64,000 bases of DNA from an uncultured Candidatus Saccharibacteria bacterium (GTDB taxonomy: Bacteria > Patescibacteriota > UBA1384 > DTJR01). The DNA lies in the NCBI GenBank assembly GCA_964580065.1, contig CAZOJE010000002.1, positions 66,978-130,977 of the forward strand. Reading direction: 5' to 3'. Every line of letters begins with the position of its first letter. The stretch's first letter is position 1. Of the stretch, positions 26,255 to 36,102 are shown piece after piece. The notes under the pieces were generated by a model. That model was not told the origin of the DNA. It worked only from the letters and a program-made list of their open reading frames with translations, and made no database searches. Both the position numbers and the translations under genes were made by a program.

Positions 26255-28654
26255 ATGAAAATTGATGATAAGAAAATTCAGGAATTCTGGGAAAAGAACA
26301 AAGTATTTAAAACAGAGAACAATAAAAACAAAAAGAAGTTCTACTGTTTAGATATGTTCCCATACCCCTCTGGCGACGGTCTTCATGTCGGGCATATCAA
26401 AGGGTACACAGCCACCGATATAATCTCGCGTTTTATGAAAATGAACGGTTACAACGTTCTTCATCCCATGGGCTGGGACGCTTTTGGTTTGCCGGCCGAA
26501 AATTATGCCTTGAAAGTCGGCAAATCACCCCAAGACGCGGTTAAAAACAACATCGCCAGGTTTAAAGAGCAGCTTCAAACGCTCGGTTTTTGCTACGATT
26601 GGAGCCGAGAAATTAATACAACCGATCCAGAATATTATAAATGGACACAGTGGATTTTTTTAAAACTTTTCAAAAAGGGATTGGCCTACGAAGACGATTC
26701 CCCTATCAATTTTTGTCCCTCATGTAAAACCGGCCTTGCCAACGAAGAAGTCACTGGCGGTTTGTGTGAGCGTTGTGGCACAAAAGTTGAAAAAAAGAAA
26801 ATTAGGCAATGGATTTTAAAAATAACTGATTACGCCGAGAAGCTCTTACGAGATCTCGACGATCTCGACTGGCCAGAACCAATCAAGCAAATGCAAAGAA
26901 ACTGGATCGGCAAAAGTGAAGGGACTCAAATAGAGTTTCGGTTAGTTGATGAAAAATCAAAAGATATTGGCAAAATAACCGTTTTTACCACTAGAGCTGA
27001 CACACTATTTGGCTGTACATACATTGTCTTATCTCCAGAGCATAAACAAATAGCCAAATTAGGGAATTATTTTAAAAATATTAATGAAGTTGACTATTAT
27101 ATTAAAGAGGCCGGCAATAAATCCGATCTTGAAAGAACAGATCTGGCCAAAGAAAAAACCGGCGTTTGCTGTGAAGGGATCTGGGCAATTAATCCTATCA
27201 ATAACGAAAAATTACCGGTTTGGATTGCCGATTATGTTTTAGCTAATTACGGAACAGGCGCAATTATGGCAGTTCCAGCACATGACGAACGTGATTTTGA
27301 GTTTGCTAAAAAATACTCAATTAAAATCGCAAAAGTAATCAATCCTACAGATCAGTTAGATTCTGACAAGATAAATGAATTATTTTGCGACTATGGTGTT
27401 TTGGCTAATTCGGAAAAATTTACGGGATTAACATCCGAAGAAGCGAAAAAGAAAATTACGGAAAAATTAAAATCAATTAATGCTGGCGATTTTGCTGTAA
27501 GCTACAAATTGCGCGATTGGGTATTTTCCCGACAGAGATATTGGGGCGAGCCCATTCCCCTTATTCATTGCGAAAAATGCGGCACTGTTGCTGTTGAAGA
27601 AAAAGATCTACCAGTTCTTTTGCCAGAAATAGAAAAATATGAGCCATCTGGCACCGGAGAGTCTCCCTTAGCAAAAATCACCCAATGGGTCGAGACGGAG
27701 TGCCCGCGTTGTGGCGGCAAAGCAAAACGCGAAACAAACACTATGCCGCAATGGGCTGGATCGTGTTGGTATTATTTAAGATATATTGACCCAAATAACA
27801 AATCACAGCTATGCGGAAAAGATGAGGAAGAACATTTTATGCCAGTAGATTTATATATTGGTGGAGCCGAACACGCTGTCTTGCATCTGCTATATGCCCG
27901 CTTTTGGCATAAAGTTTTATACGAAGAAGGAATTGTTTCAACAAAAGAGCCGTTTCAAAAACTACAAAATGTTGGCTTAATTCTCGCGCCAGACCGTCAA
28001 AAAATGTCGAAATCTAGAGGCAATGTGATAAGTCCCGATACGATCGTAAATCAATACGGAATTGATGCATTAAAAGTTTATGAAATGTTTATTGGACCAT
28101 TTAATCAACCAGCTATTTTCAATACAAATGGTTTAATTGGTGTTAAAAAATTTTTAGATAAGGTAACAAATTCTTTTGAGCAAAGAAGTAAAAAAAATAA
28201 TAATGACATCGAGTTCAAACTTTCCGAGCTAGTTAATTCAACTGCAAATAAAATTGAGAAGATGCAATTTAATACAGTTGTTTCTGATTTCATGAAATTT
28301 GCCAACGAAATTGATTTATGCGATCTATCGGACGAACAATGGAAGATATTTTTACAAACATTGGCTCCATTTGCTCCCCACACCTGCGAGACTTTATGGC
28401 TTGAACTTGGTAATCAAGACTCAATTTTTAACAGCACATGGCCAAAAACCGAGTACAAAGGTACCCGCCAAACTCAATATATAATTCAGATAAACGGGAA
28501 AAAGACAACTCTAATGAATCTTGATTTTGATCTTAAGGAAACCACGGCAATCGAAATTGCAAAGAAAAATGAAAAAGTTAGAAATTCCCTAGACAGCAAG
28601 CAAATCAAAAAAACAATTTTTGTAAAGGATAAAATAATTAATTTTGTGTTATAA
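26255..28654 (+). CDS. leuS: Leucine--tRNA ligase
   Basis: MFPYPSG, HVGH, GWDAFGLPAEN, GTGAIMAVPAHD, KMSKS. Confidence 0.97.
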   Translation: MKIDDKKIQEFWEKNKVFKTENNKNKKKFYCLDMFPYPSGDGLHVGHIKGYTATDIISRFMKMNGYNVLHPMGWDAFGLPAENYALKVGKSPQDAVKNNIARFKEQLQTLGFCYDWSREINTTDPEYYKWTQWIFLKLFKKGLAYEDDSPINFCPSCKTGLANEEVTGGLCERCGTKVEKKKIRQWILKITDYAEKLLRDLDDLDWPEPIKQMQRNWIGKSEGTQIEFRLVDEKSKDIGKITVFTTRADTLFGCTYIVLSPEHKQIAKLGNYFKNINEVDYYIKEAGNKSDLERTDLAKEKTGVCCEGIWAINPINNEKLPVWIADYVLANYGTGAIMAVPAHDERDFEFAKKYSIKIAKVINPTDQLDSDKINELFCDYGVLANSEKFTGLTSEEAKKKITEKLKSINAGDFAVSYKLRDWVFSRQRYWGEPIPLIHCEKCGTVAVEEKDLPVLLPEIEKYEPSGTGESPLAKITQWVETECPRCGGKAKRETNTMPQWAGSCWYYLRYIDPNNKSQLCGKDEEEHFMPVDLYIGGAEHAVLHLLYARFWHKVLYEEGIVSTKEPFQKLQNVGLILAPDRQKMSKSRGNVISPDTIVNQYGIDALKVYEMFIGPFNQPAIFNTNGLIGVKKFLDKVTNSFEQRSKKNNNDIEFKLSELVNSTANKIEKMQFNTVVSDFMKFANEIDLCDLSDEQWKIFLQTLAPFAPHTCETLWLELGNQDSIFNSTWPKTEYKGTRQTQYIIQINGKKTTLMNLDFDLKETTAIEIAKKNEKVRNSLDSKQIKKTIFVKDKIINFVL

Positions 28655-28675
28655 TAACCAAGAAGAAAGGAATAT

Positions 28676-28900
28676 ATGGCAGAACCTAAAAAAAGATTAA
28701 CAAAACACAGAAGCGGAAACAGACAAAGCCACGATGCTTTAAAATCCACCTCGTTAATGGAGTGCTCGAATTGCAAAGCAAAAGTTGAGCCACACACAGC
28801 TTGCCAAAATTGCGGATATTACCGTGGAAAGAAAGTTCTGGTGCTAAAAGACGAAAAGAAAGCCAAAGCAAAAGAAACACAAGAATTATCCAATGAATAG
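28676..28900 (+). CDS. rpmF: 50S ribosomal protein L32
   Basis: [22 protein letters not shown]. Confidence 0.93.
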   Translation: MAEPKKRLTKHRSGNRQSHDALKSTSLMECSNCKAKVEPHTACQNCGYYRGKKVLVLKDEKKAKAKETQELSNE

Positions 28901-29321
28901 ACATTACGCTCGTATAATTTCTATGCAAGCTTTGTACGAAGCCGATTTTAGAGCTTTGGGCAACGCGGCCGATATTTTGCACAGACAAATCAAGAAATTG
29001 GCGCAAGAAGGCGACGAGGAGAATTTTGACTTTTCCGAGGATCTTGTGAACAAAGCTGTTGAAAAGTCGGATGAAATTAACGCTATTATCGAAAAAGTTG
29101 CCCCCGAATGGCCGATACAGCAAGTTGCTGTCATTGATAGAAATATTTTGCGATTGTCTATTGCAGAGCTTTTATATTTTGACACTCCACCAAAAGTTGT
29201 CATAAACGAAGCGATCGAATTAGCTAAAACATTTGGCTCGGAAACATCGTCAAAATTTATTAACGGTGTTCTTGGAACAGTTTATCGACAAAGTAATAAA
29301 TATAAACCAGATGAAAATTGA
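28893..29321 (+). CDS. nusB: Transcription antitermination factor NusB
   Basis: [36 protein letters not shown]. Confidence 0.95.
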   Translation: MNRHYARIISMQALYEADFRALGNAADILHRQIKKLAQEGDEENFDFSEDLVNKAVEKSDEINAIIEKVAPEWPIQQVAVIDRNILRLSIAELLYFDTPPKVVINEAIELAKTFGSETSSKFINGVLGTVYRQSNKYKPDEN

Positions 29322-30015
29322 TACAAACGAAGAATACATTAAAAAATTAGCTCAAAAACTCGATATTGAGAAAATGGGAGTTGAAGAACTTAGAAAGTCT
29401 TTTATTCATCGATCCTACCTAAACGAAAATCATAGCGAGGGTCTCGAAAGCAACGAACGTCTTGAGTTTTTAGGCGACGCCGTTTTAGAGGTCATCGTAA
29501 CTAAGTATTTATTTAATAATTTTCGCTACCCCGAAGGCGAATTGACCGCTTTAAGAAGCGCGCTAGTTAGGGGGAAAAACCTTTCTAACATAGCAGAGAT
29601 GCTTGGATTAGATAAATGCATTTATTTAAGTGAAGGTGAGAAAAAGAATGAAGGAAAAGCCAGAAGTCTCATTCTAGCTAACACTTTTGAAGCTCTCATC
29701 GGCAATATTTATCTTTGCTTGGGCGTGCCAAAATCAGAAGAGATTATAAACAAATATGTAATTTCCAAGCTTAACGAGATAATCGAAAACAAACTTTATA
29801 TTGACAATAAAAGTGCATTCCAAGAAATTGTTCAAAGTAAAACTAAAATCACGCCCGTGTATAAGCTTATTAAAGACGAGGGGCCCGATCATTCAAAAGA
29901 ATTTACGGTTGGAGTTTATATTGGCGACGAGCTAGTAGCTGTTGGCACGGGAAGCTCAAAAAATAAAGCTGAGCAAGAAGCGGCCAGAGAAGCGATTAAG
30001 AAAAAATTTAACTGA
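29311..30015 (+). CDS. rnc: Ribonuclease III
   Basis: [25 protein letters not shown], dsRBD GPDH..AEQEAA; start ATG 29311. Confidence 0.96.
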   Translation: MKIDTNEEYIKKLAQKLDIEKMGVEELRKSFIHRSYLNENHSEGLESNERLEFLGDAVLEVIVTKYLFNNFRYPEGELTALRSALVRGKNLSNIAEMLGLDKCIYLSEGEKKNEGKARSLILANTFEALIGNIYLCLGVPKSEEIINKYVISKLNEIIENKLYIDNKSAFQEIVQSKTKITPVYKLIKDEGPDHSKEFTVGVYIGDELVAVGTGSSKNKAEQEAAREAIKKKFN

Positions 30016-30721
30016 CAATTCGGCGAATTTTTTTGTAGATCTGATCAGCTCTATATTTTGGCCAATCGGTAGGGAAAAGCTCGATGGGCAATTTTGGTTC
30101 ATTATTTAAAACTATGGCATAGTCTAAGATAATCCTTTTTGCCTCGAATTTTGAAATATTTGCACTAGTCAAATACTTCTCGTTTTTATTGATAAAATCA
30201 TAATAAAGCTTTCTGGCACCGTCAAAGTCCCAAGCTGAAGTTAGTTGATCTTGCGACAAGCCATGAACGTTATCAGATTCCATTACAAAGACTTTTCCGT
30301 CAAGGCCAAATTCATGTGTTTTAGCAAGGATCTTGTCAGTTAGGGGCAATGGTGTGAGCCAAAGACTATTTAAAGTCGGTTGCAAACCAGCAGAAATGAG
30401 ATAACGCCTAAATTTATCTCTAATTGAGCGGATATTTTCCGGAACCGAGAACCAAACTACACGCCATTTACCGTCCCAATGCAAAACGGGGGCGTGCAAA
30501 ACATCCAAAATCATATTTAAGTGTTGATATCCTTTTTGTGAAAGTCTTACTTTTGGTTTATTATCTTGCTCAAATCTTTCGATTAAGCCAAGGGCTTGCA
30601 TTTTTCCAATTACACCACGACTCGTAGTTTTGCCCCATTTTTTGAGCAATTCAATCTCGACAGATTCCTGATCTTCAATATAAATTAAGACTTCATAAAG
30701 CGGCTGTATTTGATGCTCCAT
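30008..30721 (-). CDS. PaaX-family transcriptional regulator
   Basis: wHTH ending RLSQKG, then WDGKWRVVWFSVPE..RDKFRRYL, and PKLPIELFPTDWP (PaaX_C). Confidence 0.82.
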   Translation of the reverse strand: MEHQIQPLYEVLIYIEDQESVEIELLKKWGKTTSRGVIGKMQALGLIERFEQDNKPKVRLSQKGYQHLNMILDVLHAPVLHWDGKWRVVWFSVPENIRSIRDKFRRYLISAGLQPTLNSLWLTPLPLTDKILAKTHEFGLDGKVFVMESDNVHGLSQDQLTSAWDFDGARKLYYDFINKNEKYLTSANISKFEAKRIILDYAIVLNNEPKLPIELFPTDWPKYRADQIYKKIRRIVS

Positions 30722-30730
30722 ATTAAGTCC

Positions 30731-30759
30731 AAATTAGCAACTTTACGATCGTTAGTCAA
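30731..30759 (-). promoter_or_regulatory. Promoter of the PaaX-like gene with a palindrome in the spacer
   Basis: TTGACT-N17-TAATTT with ACGATCGT at 30745-30752. Confidence 0.5.
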
Positions 30760-30810
30760 GTTAATAAATTGCCATCGTTGGAACTTTCTTTTAAATTCGA
30801 TAGCACGCAA

Positions 30811-31764
30811 TTAGTTAAGAATATATGAGGCAAAGCCCCAATCAAGCAATTTTTTCGATTCTTCGGCACTAGCTGTATTTTTTTCAGATAAAGTTTTTAA
30901 GACAACACTAATTAGAATATTATTTTCTCTTTCAACCGCACAAACAAGCGTATGGCCAGCGGCGTCAGTAACACCTGTTTTTCCACCAATCACATTACCT
31001 TCAATCGGAATTTCTCCAGTTAATAATCTATTTGAGTTTTTTAGCTCGTGTACTTGGGCACCGTCAACTGATTTAATAGTTGCATCTTTGGTCCCAATGA
31101 TTTTCTTAAGAAGATCGTTATTCATACCATACGAAAACATTATGGCGATATCTCGGGCCGACGATCGGCCGCTATCGTCAAGACCAGCTGGGTCGGAAAA
31201 TTTTGTGTGAGCCATACCAAGTTCTTGGGCTTTTTTATTCATTAGCTCGACAAATTCGGCCTGCGTTGTATCAATTGTTGACAAAGCCCGCGCCGCATCA
31301 TTGCCAGAGGAAACTAAGGCGCCATAAAGTAAATTTTCGATCGTGATTTTCTCCCCCGTAGTCAAAAAAATCTTCGATGGAATTACTTCGGTATTTTCTT
31401 TTTTGACTTCTACGACGCGATCCGTTTTATATTTTTCTAAAGCAACGATTGCCGTCATTACTTTTGTAATGCTTGCAATTGCCACCTCTTGATCAGAATT
31501 TTTTTCGAATAAAGGATATTTATCTGTCTGGCGTAACAAAATCGCTGATTCAGCCGATATTTTAAGATCGGTATAATTAGCGCCTTTTACTGGCGGGGCA
31601 ATTGTATCTATCTGCTTTTGTGAGTAAATATTATTAATTGTTGCCCCTAAAACCTTGCCTTTTTCTTTTAAACCAGAGAAAGTTGCTTTATAAGCATAGA
31701 TGCCTACAACAAAAAAAAGCAATATCAGAGCAAAAAAAGCAATGTAGACTTTTTTTATTTTCAT
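30811..31764 (-). CDS. D-alanyl-D-alanine carboxypeptidase (peptidase S11)
   Basis: SxxK (ASITK), SGN and KTG motifs; N-terminal TM. Confidence 0.9.
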   Translation of the reverse strand: MKIKKVYIAFFALILLFFVVGIYAYKATFSGLKEKGKVLGATINNIYSQKQIDTIAPPVKGANYTDLKISAESAILLRQTDKYPLFEKNSDQEVAIASITKVMTAIVALEKYKTDRVVEVKKENTEVIPSKIFLTTGEKITIENLLYGALVSSGNDAARALSTIDTTQAEFVELMNKKAQELGMAHTKFSDPAGLDDSGRSSARDIAIMFSYGMNNDLLKKIIGTKDATIKSVDGAQVHELKNSNRLLTGEIPIEGNVIGGKTGVTDAAGHTLVCAVERENNILISVVLKTLSEKNTASAEESKKLLDWGFASYILN

Positions 31765-31767
31765 TTA

Positions 31768-32136
31768 TTATCCCTTCCCTTTCATTTTTTCTTGACTTGA
31801 AAAATATAGCTCAACCAAAGCAATCGCTATAACAAAAGATACTCCACTAACAACGTTCAAGACGCTGAAAGACGATAAAATCAAAAGGCCAACGATAACA
31901 GAACTTATCAAAGCAGATCTTCTAACTATGGCGAGGACGTTTGTGTTTTTTTTGCTTGGTAGAATAATAGTGTTCATACAACAAAATAAGGAAAAGAGAA
32001 AAATAAATAAAAAAAAGAAGAACGCCGAAAGCACTGCGTTTGATGCATTTTCCGGGTCAACATTAAAAAAAATTACTGTGCACGCCCCTGCACTTAATAA
32101 AAACAACGACAAAAAAAGAAATAGATATTTACGCAT
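31768..32136 (-). CDS. Four-TM membrane protein of unknown function
   Basis: Four hydrophobic segments; closely coupled to neighbouring genes. Confidence 0.7.
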   Translation of the reverse strand: MRKYLFLFLSLFLLSAGACTVIFFNVDPENASNAVLSAFFFFLFIFLFSLFCCMNTIILPSKKNTNVLAIVRRSALISSVIVGLLILSSFSVLNVVSGVSFVIAIALVELYFSSQEKMKGKG

Positions 32137-32407
32137 TAGATATTTTTACAAACTCTATCTTAGGATAATATCTTAATCTTACCATTTGTTGGATACTTTT
32201 GTTTACTTCAGCTCGATCAATTGCAATTTCTCTATCATCATCTTTTTCGAATCTAATTAATGCCGTTGCTTTTCGCCCGTCTTCGGAGATAGTGATAGCT
32301 TCAACATAGCAATAGCCAAAAATATCGAAATTTTTCGCTAAATATAAGTCGATCGCTTTTTTGATTATTAGCGATACTTGAGTATTTTTTCTGTGTCCCC
32401 CCACCAT
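32129..32407 (-). CDS. rbfA: Ribosome-binding factor A (divergent, short)
   Basis: ISEDGRKATALI and LRYYPKIEF resemble RbfA motifs. Confidence 0.65.
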   Translation of the reverse strand: MVGGHRKNTQVSLIIKKAIDLYLAKNFDIFGYCYVEAITISEDGRKATALIRFEKDDDREIAIDRAEVNKSIQQMVRLRYYPKIEFVKISNA

Positions 32408-32415
32408 TTAGATCC

Positions 32416-32796
32416 TTATCTTTTCGCCCATTGTGGCGATTTTCTCGCTCTCTTCAGCCCCGGTTTCTTTCTTTCCTTTTCACGTGGATCTCTTGTAAGA
32501 AGGCCTTCTTTCTTCAAAGTTTTTTCAAAAGATTCATCAATCTTTGAAAGAGCTCTTGCCACGCCTAATTTAGCCGCTTCGGCTTGGGAAGAAAATCCGC
32601 CCCCTTTTAATACAAGCGAGATGTCAAATTTACCTTGCTGCGACACGATTTCAAAGGGTTGGGAAGTTTCTTTAATAATTTCAGCTGATGTCACTTCAGT
32701 TCCGTCAGCAAAAATTACTTTGCCGCTTCCTTTAAATATCCTTACTTGGGCAATTGCAGTTTTTCTTCTACCTGTACCAAAAAAATATTCTTTCAT
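32416..32796 (-). CDS. rpsI: 30S ribosomal protein S9
   Basis: GTGRRKTA, LTRDPREKERKKPGL, PQWAKR. Confidence 0.97.
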   Translation of the reverse strand: MKEYFFGTGRRKTAIAQVRIFKGSGKVIFADGTEVTSAEIIKETSQPFEIVSQQGKFDISLVLKGGGFSSQAEAAKLGVARALSKIDESFEKTLKKEGLLTRDPREKERKKPGLKRARKSPQWAKR

Positions 32797-32802
32797 CTTT
32801 GC

Positions 32803-33150
32803 CTACTTTACAAATTTTACTCTTTTTAATCTTTGCGCTCTCAAACGGTTGTTTGGAATCATACGTTTCAAGACTAGCATAAAAAGACCTTGAGGGTCCG
32901 TCTCAAACATTGTTTTATAGCTGACTGCTTTGAGTGAACCCAGATAGCCAGAATGAGTATAGTGAGTCAAGTTCGATAGTTTTCGTGGATCAAGGGCTAA
33001 TCTATCCAAATTTTCAATAATAATGATGTTTTTCGTAACAACGTTTTTAGCAAAATCAGGACTGTTTTTATCCAAAATCAATTTAGCTACCTCGCTTGCC
33101 GCTCGGCCAAGTGCCATACCACTCACATCGACTTTAATTTCATTTTTCAT
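32803..33150 (-). CDS. rplM: 50S ribosomal protein L13 (short)
   Basis: LGRAASEVAK, HYTHSGYLGSLK; next to rpsI. Confidence 0.9.
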   Translation of the reverse strand: MKNEIKVDVSGMALGRAASEVAKLILDKNSPDFAKNVVTKNIIIIENLDRLALDPRKLSNLTHYTHSGYLGSLKAVSYKTMFETDPQGLFMLVLKRMIPNNRLRAQRLKRVKFVK

Positions 33151-33151
33151 C

Positions 33152-33541
33152 TTACTTCACCTTTTTAGATTCGGCTGGTTTACTTTCTTTTTGACTGTCT
33201 TTGGATTTTTTCTCAACTCTATTGAGAACTACTTGGCACATTCTAGTACCATCACCATGCCTTTGAAAAAGTTTTACTGTTGAGACTGAAGCGAATTGCC
33301 CCTTGTTATCAAAAGCTTTCTTGACTGCTCCACCATACAAATTCGCCTTTAAATATCTCATTAATAAAAGATCATCTTTGGCTGTGTTTAATCTACCAAC
33401 AACCCTTTCGGTCTCTTGTTTAAGCATTCTCGCTTTTGTTTCGGTCGTTAAAACTTTTTCGTACAACAACAAAGAAGAAACCAAACCTCGGCCCAGTCTA
33501 TTTCTATTCTGAAATTTTCTTGAAAGCTTTATCTTCTTCAT
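33152..33541 (-). CDS. rplQ: 50S ribosomal protein L17 (divergent)
   Basis: KLSR..LLLYEKVLTTETKAR, RHGDG; follows rpoA. Confidence 0.88.
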   Translation of the reverse strand: MKKIKLSRKFQNRNRLGRGLVSSLLLYEKVLTTETKARMLKQETERVVGRLNTAKDDLLLMRYLKANLYGGAVKKAFDNKGQFASVSTVKLFQRHGDGTRMCQVVLNRVEKKSKDSQKESKPAESKKVK

Positions 33542-34302
33542 TATTTTTTAGCTTTTGTTACTTTTGTAGTTTTTGCTTTTTTCTTTGGCTTTTCAATCAC
33601 GATTTGATCGCAAGCATCCGAAATGACACCAAGATGCTCGGACATTATCGTAGCCGCTTGTCTTAAAGATTCGCTTGGCGTAATTGAACCATCGGTCGTA
33701 ATTTCTAAGACCAGTCTGTTGTAGTTAGTTTGACCACCAACCCTAGCGTTTTCCACTGTATATTTAACTTTTTTCACGGGCGTGTAAATACTATCAAGCA
33801 TGATGGTTCCGATGGTTGGTTTTTCATCGGCTCTTTTTTCTACCGGTACATAACCGCGACCACGATCAATTTCTACAACCATTTCAAGTTTGCCGCCTTT
33901 TTCAAGAGTGCAAAGGTAATGATCGTTATCGACAACCTCAACCTCGGAAGTCTTCTTGAAATCCGCGGTAGTGACTTTTTTGGGACCCTTAACCAAAAGC
34001 TCTATCTTAGCCGGTTCATCGGAATTAAGTTTGAATCTAGCTACTTTTAGGTTTAAGATCAGGTCGACAATATCTTCTTTCATCCCTTTCAAAACTGAAT
34101 ATTCATGATCGGCGCCTTCGATTCTAACCGATTTAGGTGCGCTTCCTTCGAGAGATGCTAATAAAATTCTCCTTAAAGTATTACCAACGGTGATACCGTA
34201 GCCAGGAGACAGCGGCTCGATAACAAAGGTTCCAGTTTTACCATCTTCGCTAAACGAAGATTTCACTTCCAGCAAATTCAGATCAGGTAGAATATAACTC
34301 AT
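33541..34302 (-). CDS. rpoA: RNA polymerase alpha subunit lacking the C-terminal domain
   Basis: EPLSPGYGITVGNTLRRILL, GRGYVP, TPVKKVKY, TDGSITP; ends in a Lys-rich tail at 253 aa. Confidence 0.95.
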   Translation of the reverse strand: MSYILPDLNLLEVKSSFSEDGKTGTFVIEPLSPGYGITVGNTLRRILLASLEGSAPKSVRIEGADHEYSVLKGMKEDIVDLILNLKVARFKLNSDEPAKIELLVKGPKKVTTADFKKTSEVEVVDNDHYLCTLEKGGKLEMVVEIDRGRGYVPVEKRADEKPTIGTIMLDSIYTPVKKVKYTVENARVGGQTNYNRLVLEITTDGSITPSESLRQAATIMSEHLGVISDACDQIVIEKPKKKAKTTKVTKAKK

Positions 34303-34312
34303 TTTTTCTCCT

Positions 34313-34915
34313 TTATCTCGAATAAAATTCGATGACAAACTGCTCGTTCACTAAATCGGAAATGTCCGGTTTAGTCGGCAGACTTAATATTGTTATTTTT
34401 GTCGGCTCTTTTTCATTTTTAACCCAAGCAGGCAATTCTGTGTGCTTTATTTTTTCCACATTTACTTCGCTACAAAATTCAATAACATCGTTGGGGGAGA
34501 TTAAAAATCCCGGGGATTTAGTTTTTCTGTTATTTACTTTGACTTTACCGTGTGTGACCGCTTGGCGGGCGTGGTCTCTTGACTGAACCCAGCCGCACTT
34601 ATAGACAACATTATCCAAACGACGCTCCAAAATCTGTAAAAGAATCTCTCCTGAACCAGTTTTGTTTTTTCGTGCTAAGGAATAATAATTTGAAAGCTGT
34701 TTTTCACTGATACCATAAATCGCGCGCAATTTCTGCTTTTCATTTAGCTGGACCGAATAGTCACTGCCTCTTTTCATCCTTGCTCTTGCGCCTAAATGGC
34801 CGGGAGCATATGAACGTTTGGCAAAAGGACATTTATCCCCTTCACATTTTTCCCCTTTGAGAAAGAGTTTTAAGCCCGATCTTCGACAGATTCTACAATT
34901 TGAATTTTTTAACAT
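34313..34915 (-). CDS. rpsD: 30S ribosomal protein S4
   Basis: CRICRR..KGEKC, EKQKLR, LERRLDNVVY, IEFYSR. Confidence 0.96.
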   Translation of the reverse strand: MLKNSNCRICRRSGLKLFLKGEKCEGDKCPFAKRSYAPGHLGARARMKRGSDYSVQLNEKQKLRAIYGISEKQLSNYYSLARKNKTGSGEILLQILERRLDNVVYKCGWVQSRDHARQAVTHGKVKVNNRKTKSPGFLISPNDVIEFCSEVNVEKIKHTELPAWVKNEKEPTKITILSLPTKPDISDLVNEQFVIEFYSR

Positions 34916-34916
34916 T

Positions 34917-35306
34917 TTACACTCTTCTTGGTTTCTTAGCTCTACAGCCGTTATGGGCAATAGGCGTTATGTCTTTTAATCCATTTACTCTAAATCCGGC
35001 CGAACCGAAAGCTCTGACGGCTGAATCGCGGCCCGAGCTTACGCCAGAAACAAATATCGAAATTTCTTCAACCGCAGCATCATGCATTTTATCAATTAGA
35101 ATTTTAGCTGTTTGGCTTGAAGCATACGGCGTGGATTTTTTGCTTCCTTTGAAGCCGGCTAAGCCGGTCGATGTCCAAGCAAACACATTACCATTTTCAT
35201 CAGTTGCGGTAATTACCGTATTGTTGAACGAAGATTTTATATAAACCTTCGCACTTTTTACAATTTTTTTAACTTTTTTTGCTTTTGAAACTACTTTTTT
35301 TGCCAT
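34917..35306 (-). CDS. rpsK: 30S ribosomal protein S11
   Basis: SSFNNT, KSTPYA, DITPIAHNGCR. Confidence 0.97.
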   Translation of the reverse strand: MAKKVVSKAKKVKKIVKSAKVYIKSSFNNTVITATDENGNVFAWTSTGLAGFKGSKKSTPYASSQTAKILIDKMHDAAVEEISIFVSGVSSGRDSAVRAFGSAGFRVNGLKDITPIAHNGCRAKKPRRV

Positions 35307-35318
35307 ATTGGTTAAAGT

Positions 35319-35705
35319 TTATGTTTTTTCTGCCGCTTTCTTTCTACCCGAGCCCACAGTCACTCTTCGGCCACGTTTTGTTCGAGCATTTGTTTTTGTT
35401 CTCTGGCCCCTAACGGGTAAATTCTTGGCGTGTCTGGTACCACGATACGACCCGCTATCTTTCAACATCTTAATATTTCTGGTCGTCTCTACTCTCAAAT
35501 CGCCTTCAACAATATATTCTTTTTCGATAATATTTCTAATTTGGTCGATTTTGGCGTCTTCCAATTTTCCTAATCGTTCATCTTCGCTGATGTTGACGCT
35601 TTTTAAAATTTTCTGTGCCGTTGTTTTCCCCACACCAGTGATAGCAGTTAAGGCAATAACGGCCCTTTTTTGTTCTGGAATTGTAACGCCTGCAATTCTA
35701 ATCAT
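35319..35705 (-). CDS. rpsM: 30S ribosomal protein S13
   Basis: RIAGV, YRGTRH..LPVRGQRTKTNAR. Confidence 0.97.
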   Translation of the reverse strand: MIRIAGVTIPEQKRAVIALTAITGVGKTTAQKILKSVNISEDERLGKLEDAKIDQIRNIIEKEYIVEGDLRVETTRNIKMLKDSGSYRGTRHAKNLPVRGQRTKTNARTKRGRRVTVGSGRKKAAEKT

Positions 35706-35707
35706 TT

Positions 35708-35836
35708 TTATCCTTGCCTTTGTTTATGTTTTGGGTTTTCGCAGACCACATATATTCTAATTTTAGAAGTTTTGCCCCTTCTTCGGACAATCTTGCATTT
35801 ATTACAAATCCGTTTTACTGATGGTCTTACCTTCAT
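35708..35836 (-). CDS. rpmJ: 50S ribosomal protein L36 (42 aa; absent from the ORF track)
   Basis: [42 protein letters not shown]. Confidence 0.95.
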   Translation of the reverse strand: MKVRPSVKRICNKCKIVRRRGKTSKIRIYVVCENPKHKQRQG

Positions 35837-35838
35837 AA

Positions 35839-36063
35839 TTATCTATTATTTAATCTCGCTACTATTCTCCCCTTAGTTAAATCATAAGGGGTCATTTGAA
35901 CTTTAACCCTATCCCCAGCAACAACTTTTATATAATGAATTCTCATTTTTCCGGACAAATGTCCGATAATAACTTGACCCGTGTCGAGCTTTATCTTAAA
36001 AAGGGCATTGGGTAATGCCTCGATCACTTCACCTTCAAATTCTATTTTATCATCACTCGGCAT
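35839..36063 (-). CDS. infA: Translation initiation factor IF-1
   Basis: [28 protein letters not shown]. Confidence 0.97.
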   Translation of the reverse strand: MPSDDKIEFEGEVIEALPNALFKIKLDTGQVIIGHLSGKMRIHYIKVVAGDRVKVQMTPYDLTKGRIVARLNNR

Positions 36064-36102
36064 CCAACCTCTACACAATCAAGACTTAATAATCCTATCA
36101 TT

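Noticed and set aside
30008-30721. Cas2-like call for the PaaX protein
   Set aside because: The WDGKW..PE..RR region is the PaaX central domain; wHTH and PaaX_C are present and there is no cas context
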